Program-made: the position numbers and the translations under genes
Assembly (NCBI RefSeq): GCF_001194135.2
Contig: NC_068981.1
Coordinates: 78,892,147-78,956,146 of the forward strand
Length of the DNA: 64,000 nt
DNA from: Octopus bimaculoides
Taxonomy: Eukaryota
Direction of reading: 5' to 3'
Part shown: in pieces, positions 23,047 through 36,398 of the stretch
Position numbering within the stretch: the first letter of the stretch is position 1
Layout: every line of letters begins with the position of its first letter
The notes under the pieces: generated by a model
The model's database searches: none
Told to the model about the DNA's origin: nothing
The model's input: the letters and a program-made list of their open reading frames with translations, nothing else

Positions 23047-23899
23047 CTAAGGGACAATTTACCCCTTATGAATTACCTTTTTTTCTGAATATAATCAAAG
23101 ACACTAATGACAGAAAGACTTGTCTTCCCAAATAGCAGCAACCCCCCCACCCCCTAGAAGTGAAGCTTAATGCTAAGGAGTAGCATTCATTCCAACATTT
23201 TCTGAAGATGATGACCTCCAACATATGTCATATAAAAATATTAATTTCAAGGTTATCCTTTTTGGCTTACTAGATCTTTGAGCTGATAGTAAGGCCTGGC
23301 CATATTAACTAGAGAAATATGAGTTGTAATTCTTGAGCTTGAGAAATGCATGAGGTAGAGTGCGTGCGTGCATGCGTGTGGTTGCATAGGAACAAATTTG
23401 AACTCAGAGAGTAAAGACAGATGAAATACCACTAAGCATTTCACCCAGCGTGCTAATGACTGCCAGCTCACCACCTTAAAGCATGGTATTATCAGCACAT
23501 GAATGTGTATTGTTGTAGGTGAAAGAAAATAGGTTGTTGACATAGAGAGGGAAGAATGTAAGGGACAAAACAGAACCTTAGGGTGCACTAGAGTTGATAT
23601 AGTGTTGGTCAGAAGGATTCTATCAGTATACCATGAAATAGTGCTATCAGACAAGACATCAACTGGAGAAGTGAGACACAGCTGGAGTTCTTTTACAGGT
23701 AGTATTGCAAGGTGATTCCCTCGCCAGTCACAATAGAATATTTTACTGATATCAACTTTTAGCAAATTTCTCATGAGCAAAGATCCACAAATGAATAAGT
23801 CTTCCATACATCTTGCATTACAAACTGAACTGGTAATCATTAAGGAAGTATCAAATTCATTTTCCTCTAAATTTGCAAATGTTAAGTAGCTTTTATTAT

Positions 23900-24130
23900 C
23901 AGCTGATTTCTATACAGAACAGGAAATGCATCAAGTAAATTATAAACATAAATTTATTGTTTCTGACATAAATAGAAGCCCAAACTTTAGGGGCAAGAGA
24001 ACAGTTGATTATATCAACCCCAATACTTTGTTCTACCAGCCCCAGAATGATGAAAGGCAAATTAAACCTCAGCAAGATTAGAATATAAAGCATTTAGTCT
24101 GATACTCTAATGATTCTACCAATAATAACC
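23900..24130 (-). mobile_element. SINE family A, decayed
   Basis: + strand ATCAACCCC..TACT...GATGAAAGGCAAATTAAACCTCAGCA...AAGCATTTAG...CTAATGATTCTACCA. Confidence 0.6.
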
Positions 24131-25339
24131 ATCATCATCAACATATAATTTCCCATACTTGCATAGGCCAGACAAAATTCATTAAGACAGATTGCCAACA
24201 GCCAGATGTTCTTTCTGTAACCTTGGCTCCAAGCAAGTTTATGTTTCAAGTCCTTTGAGTCAGGAACAGCACAGTGGTTAAGCATTTTTTTACAGAAGAT
24301 TATAAATAAATGACACTGCTTGCATAACAATGAAGCTTGTTTACAATTGGTACTCAAAGTCAAGTAAAGGAGATACAAACATGCATGCATGTGCAAACAC
24401 ACTTTCTCACTCACAAACACAAGCACGCATTCACACACACACACCACAAGTGTTTTTCAGCTTTCATCTATCAAGTCCACTAGCAAGGCTTTGACTGACC
24501 TGAAACTACATGGTTGTGAAGCAAACTTCTTAACCAAATAACCAATCTGCACTTAATATAAATTATTAATACATTAAGATAATCACTACATCATGAACCT
24601 TTTTTCATTTATTATTGTGTTTTTTACAAAGTCATACTATTTCATTAACGAATACCCTGATTGTGTTTCTTTATTTATTTTTTTAATCAACTCAACCAAA
24701 CTTTTCTATTGCACTACTATAATCTAGCCTTTAACTAGATAAATGCAACAATATACATTTCAAAGTATATTTTCTGATGAAATAAATGTCTTGTCAATCA
24801 TAGACAAATTCTTTTTTGCTTTGGTTTTTAATTTCCATGAAAAAAATACTTATAAAATTACCACAGTATTAGTGTAACAAATACATCATTTATTTAAAAA
24901 GCATAAAATTGAAGGATTGCTCTTACAACTTCTTGCTTCATTACATGAATTTATATTCAGTGTATTTGTTTCATTATATATATTTATATTTTTGCCAATA
25001 ATATTCATGCAGCAACATGATAAAGCAAATAAATGTTAACTTAAGGCTCTTATCTAAACATCATTATCATCTTCATCATTTCACATCCGTTTTTCAAATA
25101 CTGGCAATGAGTTGACTAATTATATTTTGTTATCAGCCAACAAACTAAAGCTAATTCCCTGAGTGTATGGGCAAAGGTTATTGTACTAACATTATTTTTA
25201 TGTTAAACCGATAACATCTTGAGATGGCTATGGACAAAGGATATTTGAAAATGAAACAAGTTTACCTTGTTCACTGCTATTATAAAGTACTAAGTCTTTA
25301 CCTGTTACTACACATATTTGTTAATCATGCATATACATT

Positions 25340-26005
25340 CTTTTAACAGTGGACAGTTCTATAGTGAAAGTTTTGTTAGTTACTATGGTGACAAGTCCAC
25401 TTATCTGTCTATCTTTCAGGCTCTCTGTCTCTGTCTCTCTCTCTCTCTCTCTGTCATAGTGAAAGTCATCTTTTTAAAGTATGTGTAGCATTGTCTCAAT
25501 GTTGAAAGATATACCGACAGAAATACACACACACACACAAACAACCAAAAAATAACTATACTGTTACATAATGAAGGTTTTTTTTTTTTTTTTGAAACTG
25601 TGTTGAGTTGTCTCTATGCTGAAAGACATACAGTAACACACACAGAGAAATACAGACACACAAAACCACAAAATAATTATCTATATTGTTATATAAGGAA
25701 TTTTTTTTTTTTAACCTATGTTGCATTGCATTAACAGACTTTCACTCAAAATTCTTGTGTTTTTAATCAAAACATGTTAGTTGCTATGGTGACAACACTA
25801 CCTGCTTATCTATTTATCTGTCTGTCTAACTTTCACACACACACACTCTCTCTCTCTCGCTCAACAACTTTTTCCCCTCCTTTTCTTCAAAATATGTTGT
25901 GATGTATATTTTGATCCTCCCCACCACCCCACCCCCGCTTCTTTCCTTCCTTCTAATAGATGTTGTGATGAACAGACAGTCCGTTTCTCTTTTATAATAT
26001 AAGAT
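25340..26005 (-). mobile_element. Possible non-autonomous Helitron-like repeat with an internal duplication
   Basis: Minus-strand start ATCTTATATTATAAAAGAGAAACGGACTGTCTG. The blocks GTTAGTT.CTATGGTGACAA and TTGTCTC.ATG.TGAAAGA.ATAC occur twice. No clear CTAG end. Confidence 0.3.
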
Positions 26006-26229
26006 TCAGAAAACAATAGACAAACTAATTACTTACATTCTAAGAAAACAGCAACTACACAAACTCGAAATTATAACTCATCAAATCTAAACACTATAGA
26101 CATGTTGACCTCAAAAAAAAAACCTACAACAACAAAGCTACTGGCTAATACAAAATGTCCTGCAAACATCAAGCGACAAAGATCCAATTAATGTCTGGAT
26201 TGCTCAGCCTTCACAAAAGCAAAATTTGA

Positions 26230-26735
26230 CAACAGGCAGTGACTGAGACCTTTGGTGATATGCTGTGGTTGAGAAGACCCATCAAGCCAAGTGAAATCAT
26301 AGCCATGACTGATGCTTGTGTCACATAACTGGCACCCATGACGGTGGCATATAAAAGGCACTTTTCAAGCATTGGGCCTCATGGAGGCAAAGTGGCTGAG
26401 CTCCTTTCAAGTGTTGGGCCTCACAGAGGCAATGATTGAGACCTTTGGCATTATGTCATGCTCAAGAAGAAGACCCATCAAGCCAAGCAAAATCGCAGTT
26501 GTGGAAGATACTAGAGTCGTGCAAATGACACCTGTGCCAGCGGCATGTAAAAGCACCCATTATGCTTTCAGAGTGGTTGGCATTAGGAAGGGAATCGAGC
26601 CATAGAAACTATGTCAAATCAGACTGGAGTCTAGTGCAGCCTTCCAGCTTGCCAGTCCTGGTCAAACCGTCCAATCCATGCCAGCATGGACAACTGACAT
26701 TAAATGATGATGACCATGATGATGATGATGATAGG
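26230..26735 (+). mobile_element. SINE family D with duplicated 5' module and (GAT)n tail
   Basis: GAGACCTTTGG..ATG...GAGAAGACCCATCAAGCCAAG occurs twice, followed by GTGGTTGGCATTAGGAAGGG...CCAATCCATGCCAGCATGG...TAAATGATGATG. Confidence 0.85.
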
Positions 26736-26749
26736 TCAAGATTATAATT

Positions 26750-26950
26750 TAGGCAGCTACCTGCCAGAATAGTTTGAACACCAGGTAAAATGCTTTGCAG
26801 CATTTCATCTGTTTTTATGTTTGGAGTCCAAATTCTGCCAAGGTCAGCGAAGTAAGTACCAGCTCAGCACTGGGATTGATGTAATCAACTTACCCACTCT
26901 CTCAAAATTGCTGGCCTTGTGTTGAAATTTGAAATCAAAATTACAATAAT
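26750..26950 (+). mobile_element. SINE family A, decayed
   Basis: TGCCAGAATAGTT...AAATGCTT...GAGTCCAAATTCTGCCAAGGTC...AAGTACCAG...CACTGGG.TTGATGTAATC. Confidence 0.7.
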
Positions 26951-26999
26951 TCAAAATCTGAAAGCAAATTATTATCATCCTCACAATAATCATCACCAT

Positions 27000-27445
27000 C
27001 ATTGTTATCATGATTCTAACATCCATTTTTCAAGCCTGCATGGATCAGGTGTTAAATTTGACAAGGAAGGTATTTTCCATGACTGGAAGCTCCTCCTGTC
27101 ACCAATAAACAACTTTTTCAAAGGTAATATTTCCACTAATCTATCAAAACAGTGAACAACCCAGACATTATTTCACAGAGAATCATATACAAATGACACC
27201 ATTTGTATGACCAAATGACTGCTTCTTTACAATCAGCATTTACATGTCAAAGCAAAGTGGAATACATACTCATGCAAACATATACATGCATGTACATATA
27301 TGACAGACTTCTTCCAGTTTCCATCTACTAAATTTTATTTACAACTCAAAGCATTGATGAAATTGTGACTGTAGTAGAAGATACCAGCCAATAGTCACCG
27401 CACAGTAGCAACAAACCCACATGATTTCAAAGCATACTTCTTAAC
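27000..27445 (-). mobile_element. SINE family D 3' fragment (27000-27240) plus family B fragment (27300-27445)
   Basis: CATCACCATC...AACATCCATTTTTCAAGCCTGCATGG; CTTCTTCCAGTTTCCATCTAC...GTAGAAGATAC. Confidence 0.6.
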
Positions 27446-28601
27446 TAGAGCTCTAGAAGAGCTACAAACAGAGACAAGCTTAAACAGGCAGTAAAAGAAA
27501 TCAAGAATAACTATCTTGACATCTTAATCAGATATTTAAGATATTTCATTGCAATGTCATAGATATCTCAACCTTACTTGAAATTTGGTAGGCAGAGAAA
27601 CAGTTAAGTTATCAAAATAAGAAGATTCAAAGTTGTGAAGAAGCATTTGTTTTGTTTTACTTCTGTATTTTTCAGGCTGGTATGGGTTAGATGAAACTTT
27701 CATGACAAGCTATACAAAGTAGCCAGACATACTTTCATATCAGGTTAAACACTGACATTGCTTCACACTTTAAGTGTGCAAACAATGACATGGCACAGAT
27801 GGGAAGATGTATGTATGTGTGTGAATACACACACATAACTAGGGACTTATGAAAGGAAAGCTTTATATTACCCAGAATGTAAGAAACAAGCACAAACTAA
27901 AAGTCTGAAAACAAGTATGGACATATAAGACAAACTTATGAAAATGCTTAAAGGGTTAAAGGTAAAAAGAGAAAATTTGATTTTGATTTTGTGGACTCAA
28001 TACCTAACAGTCAGGTATAGCAAGTATGATTTAAAAGTACCATGCTTTTGCAAATTGCTTTAGGTGCCTATGAAATCATGAGCAGATATGGGATTTCCCC
28101 TTGGCCCTTCTACATTTGAATCAATAGATCATCAAGTATGAGACAGTTGAATATGGAGAGAGGGGGGGGGGGGCTGCACCTGTGGTCAGTTGGTACTTAT
28201 TTCCAGCAGAGTACTCCAGAGCAACATGAAATGAAGTACCATGCTCTAAGACATAACATGCCTGGTCTAGGAATTGGCTCCATGACTTGAAGATCATGAG
28301 ATCAACATCATAATTAGGCCACACACCTTCATTTATCTAGCAGCAAGACTAGCAGAACTTTTTCAATAATAATTGATTAACTTAGTCAACATAATAGTGG
28401 AAATATTGCAGGTATAATCTATCAGACGTAAAATCAAAATCAAGAAACAGTTTGGGTATGACAAAGGAACATATTTTCAGGTATAAATGTTTGAGTAGAT
28501 AAATATAACTGCAAAGTGACTCTCTACACAACTGGAAGCCCACAATGTTACAAGCAATCAGGCAAGGTCGCTGATTTGAAGACACCACCTATTCCTCTCA
28601 C

Positions 28602-28648
28602 CAGTTTTGGATCCTGTAAATAATCCAGGGTACTGCCTATCTTCCTGA
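28602..28648 (-). CDS. Candidate 47-nt exon (QEDRQYPGLFTGSKT or RKIGSTLDYLQDPKL)
   Basis: Acceptor TTTTTTTCTATATTTTAG|T and donor CTG|GTGAGA. Two frames are open. Confidence 0.4.
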
Positions 28649-28703
28649 CTAAAATATAGAAAAAAAGGCAACACCCTAAAAAGTCAAAACAGAAAATATT
28701 TAA

Positions 28704-28913
28704 CTCTTTCGATGCCAACCCAGCTGTGACCAGTCTTGGTCCTATGCTATAAACTTCCTGTTTAAAGTGATCTAAATTAAAACCTATCAAAATTTCATTT
28801 TATGCTCCAAACACTAGATCCATAATGACAAAGTTATTTTACTAAATTCTTATTTCCAAGATTAACTGAAACAAAAGGCAGTACATTTCAAAAGAAATTT
28901 GGTAACAAAATGG
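28704..28913. mobile_element. TTAA-flanked MITE, family 2 (piggyBac-like termini)
   Basis: TTAA|CTCTTTCGATGCCAA ... TTGGTAACAAAATGG|TTAA: imperfect TIR, internal sequence unlike family 1. Confidence 0.55.
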
Positions 28914-31204
28914 TTAAACACCCCAACTCACTCTTTACATGACTGGAAGAAATACTTGACTCAGTACTATGCAAAAGAATAATGTATACAAAGACAGACT
29001 AAATATATTTTGTACAAATATTACAGCTGCTAATATTTGTAAAGATATTTTCTTGGCTTGTATCTATGTAAGTAAATGTATTGCATTAAACAAAAGCATC
29101 TTACTATGTAGCTATGTATAGGTTTTTCTACTGTTATTTGCTTTATCTTGTAATTTATTTCCTTTTTTTTATCTCTTCCGCTATAAAATATATTTTTAAA
29201 ATAAAAACCTTGATTAAAAAGAAAAATTTTGGAAAAAGAGACAAAAAAGAAACTTCTTTTATTTTGCTTAATAATCAATGATAAAAAAATTCAGTAGTTG
29301 TTAGATACCAAAGCAGACAATTAATTAATTGATTAATCAACCAAGTAAGTTAAACAAAAACAGAAGCACCTAATTTCTTGCTGGGTATATGTTGGATAGG
29401 GAAATGATATTAGCAGTACATACATGCAAGTGATTCTACAGCTGAGCCCAGCAGCAAATATGACAAGGGTATGGTCTTGTTAGTAACTTTTTAGGAGAAT
29501 GTCCTATTTGCAGATATGCTTACACTTGGCAATTGACTTCCAGCAGCAATCCATAAATTATAGTTTCTTCTTCCCTTTACTCTACCAGTGTTGGAGATCT
29601 TACAATAGGTCACTGACACTACCATTCTTCCTTTGACTAAGCCATAAAACAATAAACCCATATCAAATCAGGTACAGGTTCACCATCAATTTTCAAGCAT
29701 TCTAGGTGCCAAACCCATGTTGTCTTATCTATTTCATCGAATTAAAAGGGATCCCATAATAGTAATTCAGGGTTAATTCCTACAAGGCTTCTACCAAACT
29801 ATTAATCACTTTTACACAAATTTTCACAACATAGCTCTTCTTATTCACTAGAAACATGCCACAAAAGCAGACACATTCCTCCAGTGTTCGTCAACAATAA
29901 TATAAAGGTGCAAATATTAAAAAACTAAACCAATCACCAGATGCCAATCTCCTAGCCCTTGGATCCCACCAGTATCCTCTCTTGACAAGTATCTTTTCCT
30001 CCTTCATTATGGAACATCATATTCTCTGCAGTGGAGATAAGCTTTCTATTAACATATTCTTCACAGTTACATTTCAAGTAAGTGTCCTTGGGGAGTAAGT
30101 ACATAGTGCCAGATTCAGTTCTAAACATTTGGGCCTTCGCACCACTACAGTTAGATGGGGAGACAGATAGACAGACAGACAAAGTCTCCACTTTCATGAC
30201 ACATCACTCACTAGTGAATAAACAAATGCATGTCATAAAAGCCTAGTAGCAAAAATGATAATAATGGTTGCAAGAAATTCAGGTGTCCTCACATAATTGT
30301 GTTTGTATTGAAAGAGATATCAACATCATTAGTTGTTGAAAAATCAGTAATGCACTTGTATATCATCATAATAAAACTAAAACATATCCACTGCTTAGAA
30401 TGACATAGAAAGAAAAACATATAATCTAGATATTGTAATAAAAGATACCAGAAGAAATCAGTGCATTCTGACAGGCATTCCAATCCCTACCTACTAAATG
30501 TCAACCATAAATAGGTTAATTATAATTATCCAAGAACAAAAAACTAGATAACAAGTTAATGAAAATAGATAATGCAAATGAGATTAGTGTTAATAACAAA
30601 TGGTTCAGAATCTGTATGTTACCCAGCAGTATTAATTTGTTGTGTGCAATATTGCAAGCTTTGGTGTGGTACTTATGTTTTTGTTCATAATAATAAAAAA
30701 AAAAAAGAACATGAAACAAAAATTTAAGTACTAAACTGGGACTTAGTATGGCACACAAATCAAAAAGTAACACTACCAAGCGCCGTACAAATTCTGCACA
30801 AGACCCTCTAATGCTAAAACAATAACTCACAACATACATTCAATACAACCATCTCATTTGTTATGGATTCCCTAGTATTATCATTATCATTAGTAACGTT
30901 AAAATGGTCATGTAGAGGAAGGTAGTGGTTTGATGGAAATGGTGGAGAGCTTAGTTATTATTTGACTGCTACATGTTTTATCAACCCCCAAAAAATGAAA
31001 TGTAAAATCAATCTAGACATAATCTGAACTTCTATAGCAACAAAATCAGATATCTCAAGGAATTTTGTCTATTGAATCTGCCAACCACTGCCTACCTACA
31101 TACATGGTAATATTTTAACAAAATATAAGAGCAAGTTATACAGAGCAAAGCTGTTTCTAAAGACTGCATGGCCAATAAATCATGAATGCCACCATTACAC
31201 TTAA

Positions 31205-31390
31205 AGACATTATCATCATCATCATTTAACATCTGCTTTCTATGCTGGCATGGGTTGGACAGTTTGACATGGAGCTGGCTAGACTCCAACTGTCTGTTGT
31301 GGCATGGTTTCTATGGTTGGATGCCCTTCCTAATACCAACCACTTAACAGAGTGTGCTGGGTGCTTTTTACATTCCACTGGCATGGGGGT
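31205..31390 (-). mobile_element. SINE family D 3' fragment
   Basis: CATCATCATTTAACATCTGCTTTCTATGCTGGCATGGGTTGG...GGATGCCCTTCCTAATACCAACCAC. Confidence 0.78.
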
Positions 31391-32726
31391 ATGAATTAAA
31401 TAAATTAAACTTGTTAGCCTGATAGATTATCAAAATCTTCTTGTGATAAAATCCACTTTCCTGATAAGTGGAACCAATGATCCATAACAGAAGTGAGATT
31501 GCTATATGTTTCCTCAACTAAATACACAAAATCATGCTCAGATTTAAAATCTGTCATCAAATTCATGCAAAGCAAAGAAACTAGAAATGCTGATGATACA
31601 TGATAATCACAGATGAGCACCATGACAGCCCAATGATAGCACAAATGTTTACTATTTGAGGCAAAAGCCTAGAAATTAGAAGACTTGTATATTCAATTGA
31701 ATCAACTTGCCTTTAGCATATTTTTATCAACCTGAAGGAATGAAAGGCAGAGTGAACAATATAAAACATGGCGTTAAATTAAATTAGTACAGCACTCAAT
31801 ATTTCTGACCACTTCAACAATCACAATAATTATGGCAACAGTTAAGATGAAATTGATAACTATAGTACCTTGAATAGAAGAAAATAGTATGAGTTGCTTG
31901 TGCAGTGAGAAATAGAAATATTTCAAATGCAAATAAAACTAATTCTGCCACCTTGAGCCACAAAGATACTACACCTTTTCCAGATGTACTAGAAGACTGA
32001 ATGAGGTTCATGTGAATGTGATTCCATTTCCTATAAATGTGTAGCTTCCTGCCAATATAATGAATAATTACTACTACCTTTAAATGTAATGACCTAAGAC
32101 AAGATCAGATTTCAGACACAAAACCAGAGATAACAAATTTAATATCAGAAGATATCAATTCAAGTGTTTTCAACTAAGTCTACAGCTGATTGCTTTATCA
32201 TTACTAGAAAAAGGATGGTGGGTGGCAGAACTCACATCTACTCTACAAACTGTCTTGTGATATATTACTACATCCCTTTAAATTTTACATGCAAATAAAA
32301 ACAAGACAATAAGAGAATAATGTAATGAAAAAACAAAAAATATCCAATGAATTGAAGAAGCAGAAATTGTAATCTACTCTAGTGTAAATGTCTTTTGGTA
32401 TTCAATTTCACCCCTATATATTCTAATTTCAGCTTCCACCAAAGCCAGCTTCATCTTTTATCCCTTCAGAGACTACAAAAAATGGTACCTGTCGTATACT
32501 AAAGTCTATTCAATTAACTAACCCCACTTCTTTGTGGCCTCATGTAAGGAATATTACTGTTAATGTGACCAGCTTTACATAGTATGTAGCAATTTCCTGA
32601 GAAAACTAGATTATATAAATATTAAAAAGAAAAATGTAAATGTTAAACACCTTAGGGGTTTTAAGCTTAGCTCTAGTTTCATGACATTAAGTAGATATTT
32701 CATCTTCTGAATAGGATGTTGATGTA

Positions 32727-32940
32727 TCACAATATTCCCAGATGAGTAGCAATACATTTCAGATAATTAAGTAAATTGAGCCAACGTAAAGCGTTCTGGC
32801 CAGGAATGTAACGAAACACAGTGAATTTGAACTCCTGACATAAGCACAGATAGTCTAATGTCTTAACCATTAACTTATTTGCTCCATCTTCACCTGACAA
32901 TTGTCTATGGTACCAAGGTGTCTTCTGATACTTCTCATAT
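32727..32940 (-). pseudogene. Possible Gypsy RNase H C-terminal remnant
   Basis: LCLCQEFKFTVFRYIPGQN...NYL resembles the Gypsy RNase H end motif LQE(Y/F)xFxIxYxPGxxN..ADxLSR. Confidence 0.3.
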
Positions 32941-33939
32941 CTTACAGCACACAATATATTTTACAGTACTTTGATGCTTTAAAATATTTTTATGATACCA
33001 TTCCATGCTTAAATTATCTCTTCTTTTTCACAATACCTACATGTCCTGTGCTATCACACACCTCTTAAAACTTAATTCTCATATCCACATTTTACATAAA
33101 ATGATCCCTTGATTCCTTACATTGATTATTTATCCCAGCTTTCTGAGTACCTAATCAGTTCATCCAATCTTTTGTTTCTGATCCCAAATATGAGGATTCA
33201 TATTTGCCTTTCATTACCAAAATTGATACTAAAATATATATATATTATACCTGCAATCATGGGATCACTTTACTGTCTATCCTATCCAAACTTTTCAACT
33301 TCTCTTTCCACAAACATGTAAATCAGAATCATATAAATTAAAATCTGAACGTAATCCCATCCCAACCTCATGCTGGAAACAACAATTTAGGATATCTACT
33401 ACAAAAGTTTTAATCTCTCTCTCTCTCTCTCTAATGATAATGATAATAAAAATGGCTTCCAAAAGGTTACATCTACTAACTGTCTACTACTTGTAGCTCC
33501 AAGAAAGATATAGTACAATGATTTCTTCATGCTGATACAAAGTCATACTTTTATAAGTAAGAGACAGCCTATTGAATAGATACCAGCACATTATTGTTAC
33601 TTATTGTATCTTGTCAAGAAACTAAATGCAGTAAATCCAGTACTATAACCATTTCTGCTACATCCTTGATGGCTGCTAATTAATTGAATCAATCCTTATA
33701 AGAACATATTAGGATCAATAGTGGCTGGGAATGGTTTAATCAACCACACCCACCTTAAAAAAATCTGTAGCCTTATTCCACATTACAAATCAATATTATT
33801 AGCACAGCTTTTCAGAAGACCTTCAACAAAATACAAGCATAGACATCTAGGTTCAAAGCTTCTAAATTGATTACATCCTATCCATTTACACCTACAGTAC
33901 CTTCTCATATTCATACATGAAATAGTGTAAGAGATAAGA

Positions 33940-34116
33940 GACTGCTCTGGACTTGCATTAGGCAAAAACTTGAAAATTTTTTAGGCCCATAACACTGCAT
34001 GGACTCTAAGTAAGGTATGTGTAAAATTTGAATGAAATCGGTAGGGTAGTTCTCAAGTTTTAGTGATGCACACATACAGACAGACTAACTGACACACATT
34101 CTCAGTTTTGTATATA
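33940..34116 (-). mobile_element. 5' end of a non-autonomous Helitron-like element
   Basis: Minus strand TATATACAAAACTGAGAATGTGTGTCAGTTAGTCTGTCTG...CCGATTTCATTCAAATTTTACAC, typical of Helitron-derived short repeats. Confidence 0.55.
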
Positions 34117-34420
34117 CTAGCAGGCGTACCCAGCATTGCCCAGGGCTGTTTGTTAGGTATGCCAGGTCAGTGTAGTCTCCCATGAAGTAGAAACTGAGGT
34201 AAGGCAGCGTCATGCGACTGCAGGGAACCAATTCTATGGTAAATCTGCCCCAGCACTTTAAGGAAGGCATGAGATGCCCATCTCTAACCGGTCACAACGC
34301 AGCTCTTCACTTTCGCTTCTTCACGCTGAAGCCATCCTGAGTGCATTGAGAGCATTCCTCCAGGGATGCATGTATGTTTTCTGTTACATTCCTAAATCAT
34401 TTCACCTTGAGGTTAGCTCT
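34117..34420 (-). mobile_element. Internally deleted Helitron: Rep N-terminal fragment fused to the 3' hairpin-CTAG
   Basis: Broken frames LNALRMAS...RDGHLMPSL/KVLGQIYHRIGSLQSHDAALPQFL match the RepHel FK(V/I)QGQ(V/I)YHRIGSL motif, also seen near 59640. It ends CCCTGGGCAATGCTGGGTACGCCTGCTAG. Confidence 0.75.
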
Positions 34421-36049
34421 CCTGTATTATCCAGTACAGGTATTGTCAGTAGTTGAGGATTGAAACTGGCTAATATGTCTATTTCCTCTTCACAATCAAA
34501 TATTATTTTAGATAAACTCTCTCATCCACAGAAAGCAAGCAAGTTCTCTAAACTTCTCTCAGAAACCATTATACTAATCCATACCTTTCACTTTCAGGTT
34601 CCATGCTGATTTAACATCTGTCAATTTATTTAAAACTACACAGATCACGTTTTATTCTTGACATTCTGCATTGGTCTCTCTCTCTCTCTCTCATCACTGA
34701 CCAAGAAAAGCTTGGAATAAGAGTGGATTATCAATAAAGGGAGAAAACAAAATGCAGAAATAAATAATAAGAAGAGTCAATTAGAAAGAGATTGCTTTCA
34801 AAAGCCATCTAATTCAGGTGTGTAAGGTAATAGTATAAAAGAGGATCTTTTATATTTTATATTATGAATGTAGAAAACCGAGAAAACAAAATAATAAGAA
34901 TTTCTAAATAGATAAAGCCAGCAAACCTTGAAAATACATCTTGAAAAATAAACTGAGTATAAGTCAGATAATAATTATGGAAACATAAAATGAAAATGAT
35001 TGATAATTGAATAATGATTGTAAAAAGAAAGCAAAATTATGTGCAATTTAGTAAATAAAATAACTAATTCACCATATGTTTTCGATTATAAGTTGAAAAC
35101 CTTCCAATAGATACTGGGCAATATCAAACAAAGAGAAACTAGAGAACAGCGGCTCTCAGTACTAGATATCTCTGATGAATTAGACATCTTCAACAATGAC
35201 CTAGAATCTTCTAAAACTCAGAGTAGAGCAGAGTTAGCTTAGTTTAATGAGAAAGTTAGCAAGAGATTTAAAGAGATTGCAGAAGAGTTAACCTAAGCAT
35301 AAAGATTAATAGAAAAGAAAGGCTTATATAGAGTGTGCACAGAATAACAAACATGATTAAATGGAAAAACCCAGATCACTTTAAGCTTGGAAAATCCCAG
35401 TTGGACAACATTCAAAATCAAGTTCATAATATTCTGATTAAGCATACAATTCAAACATATTCTATTAGATTAAGATTAGTACAAAGACAATTCTTGGATC
35501 AGGCTGCTACAAAGATAATCAATCAGTTCTGGAGATATTTGAGTCAAGCTGAAGAAGTCAAACAAGAGAGAACATAAAACACTGAACCAGGCATGTCATT
35601 ACTCAAAAGCAATGCTGCCATTTGCAAAAATATTATTGTGGATATAAAGCTTACACCTCTTCCACAATCTTCACACCTAATCCACTTGTTTCAATCCCAA
35701 AACATTTTGCATAATCCTTTGCATCCTAATTTTCTGGAAGGAAAAGTTTGAGTGAACATCAGCTACATCAACTTCATCAACTTGACTTTGTTATAGTCAT
35801 GGATGTTGTTTATTTTTTCTCTAATTAAAAAAGAAAAAAAAACAAACTAATTCATCATCATTGTCATCACCATTTGGAATAAACTTTTTGATCCAATACA
35901 TTGTAAAAGCCAACCCTGGAAACATATTTTACAATACACAAAAGGTTGTGAATGTATGCGAACCTAAGATTTTAATCAGATTAGACACTGTAAACACAAC
36001 TGATATGATATGCTAAAGTTGTGTTGGCATAACTACAGATTTTGGTAAA

Positions 36050-36300
36050 TTTTGATCCTTTCACCCACACAATTTTCACTAAAATAATAGAAAAAAAAAA
36101 CTTGGGATTTTTTGCATGGAATAAAGTACCCTGACCTCCTATGCTGCAAACTCCTTATTTTTGTTCGGAAAAGGGACAACTGTATGTTGGCTGCACAAGA
36201 GTGGGCAGCAAAAAAAAACCTATTTGTATATGCTCCACAAGGGAAAACAAGGAACATTGTTTACAACGAGGTGTTATAATCACAACAGCAAGAAAGTATG
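36050..36300 (+). pseudogene. Helitron PIF1-like helicase C-terminal remnant
   Basis: GQLYVGCTRVGSKK then, after a frameshift, NLFVYAPQGKTRNIVYNEVL* (helicase motif VI and the typical Helitron C-terminus). Confidence 0.78.
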
Positions 36301-36398
36301 TACATGATCACCTTCTTTTACGAAACTTCATTGACTTTCATATATTTATATTGATATACATATATATATGTGTGTTTGGGTGCGTGTGTGTATATACA

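Noticed and set aside
32727-32954. 75-aa minus ORF with PWYH as an SH2-like host exon
   Set aside because: Splice sites are weak and the C-terminal half better resembles a Gypsy RNase H end motif.
35655-35733. 79-nt exon with strong splice sites
   Set aside because: All three frames stop from the first acceptor. An open frame (DAKDYAKCFGIETSGLGVKIVEE) needs a second, weaker AG, so it is unsupported without RNA data.
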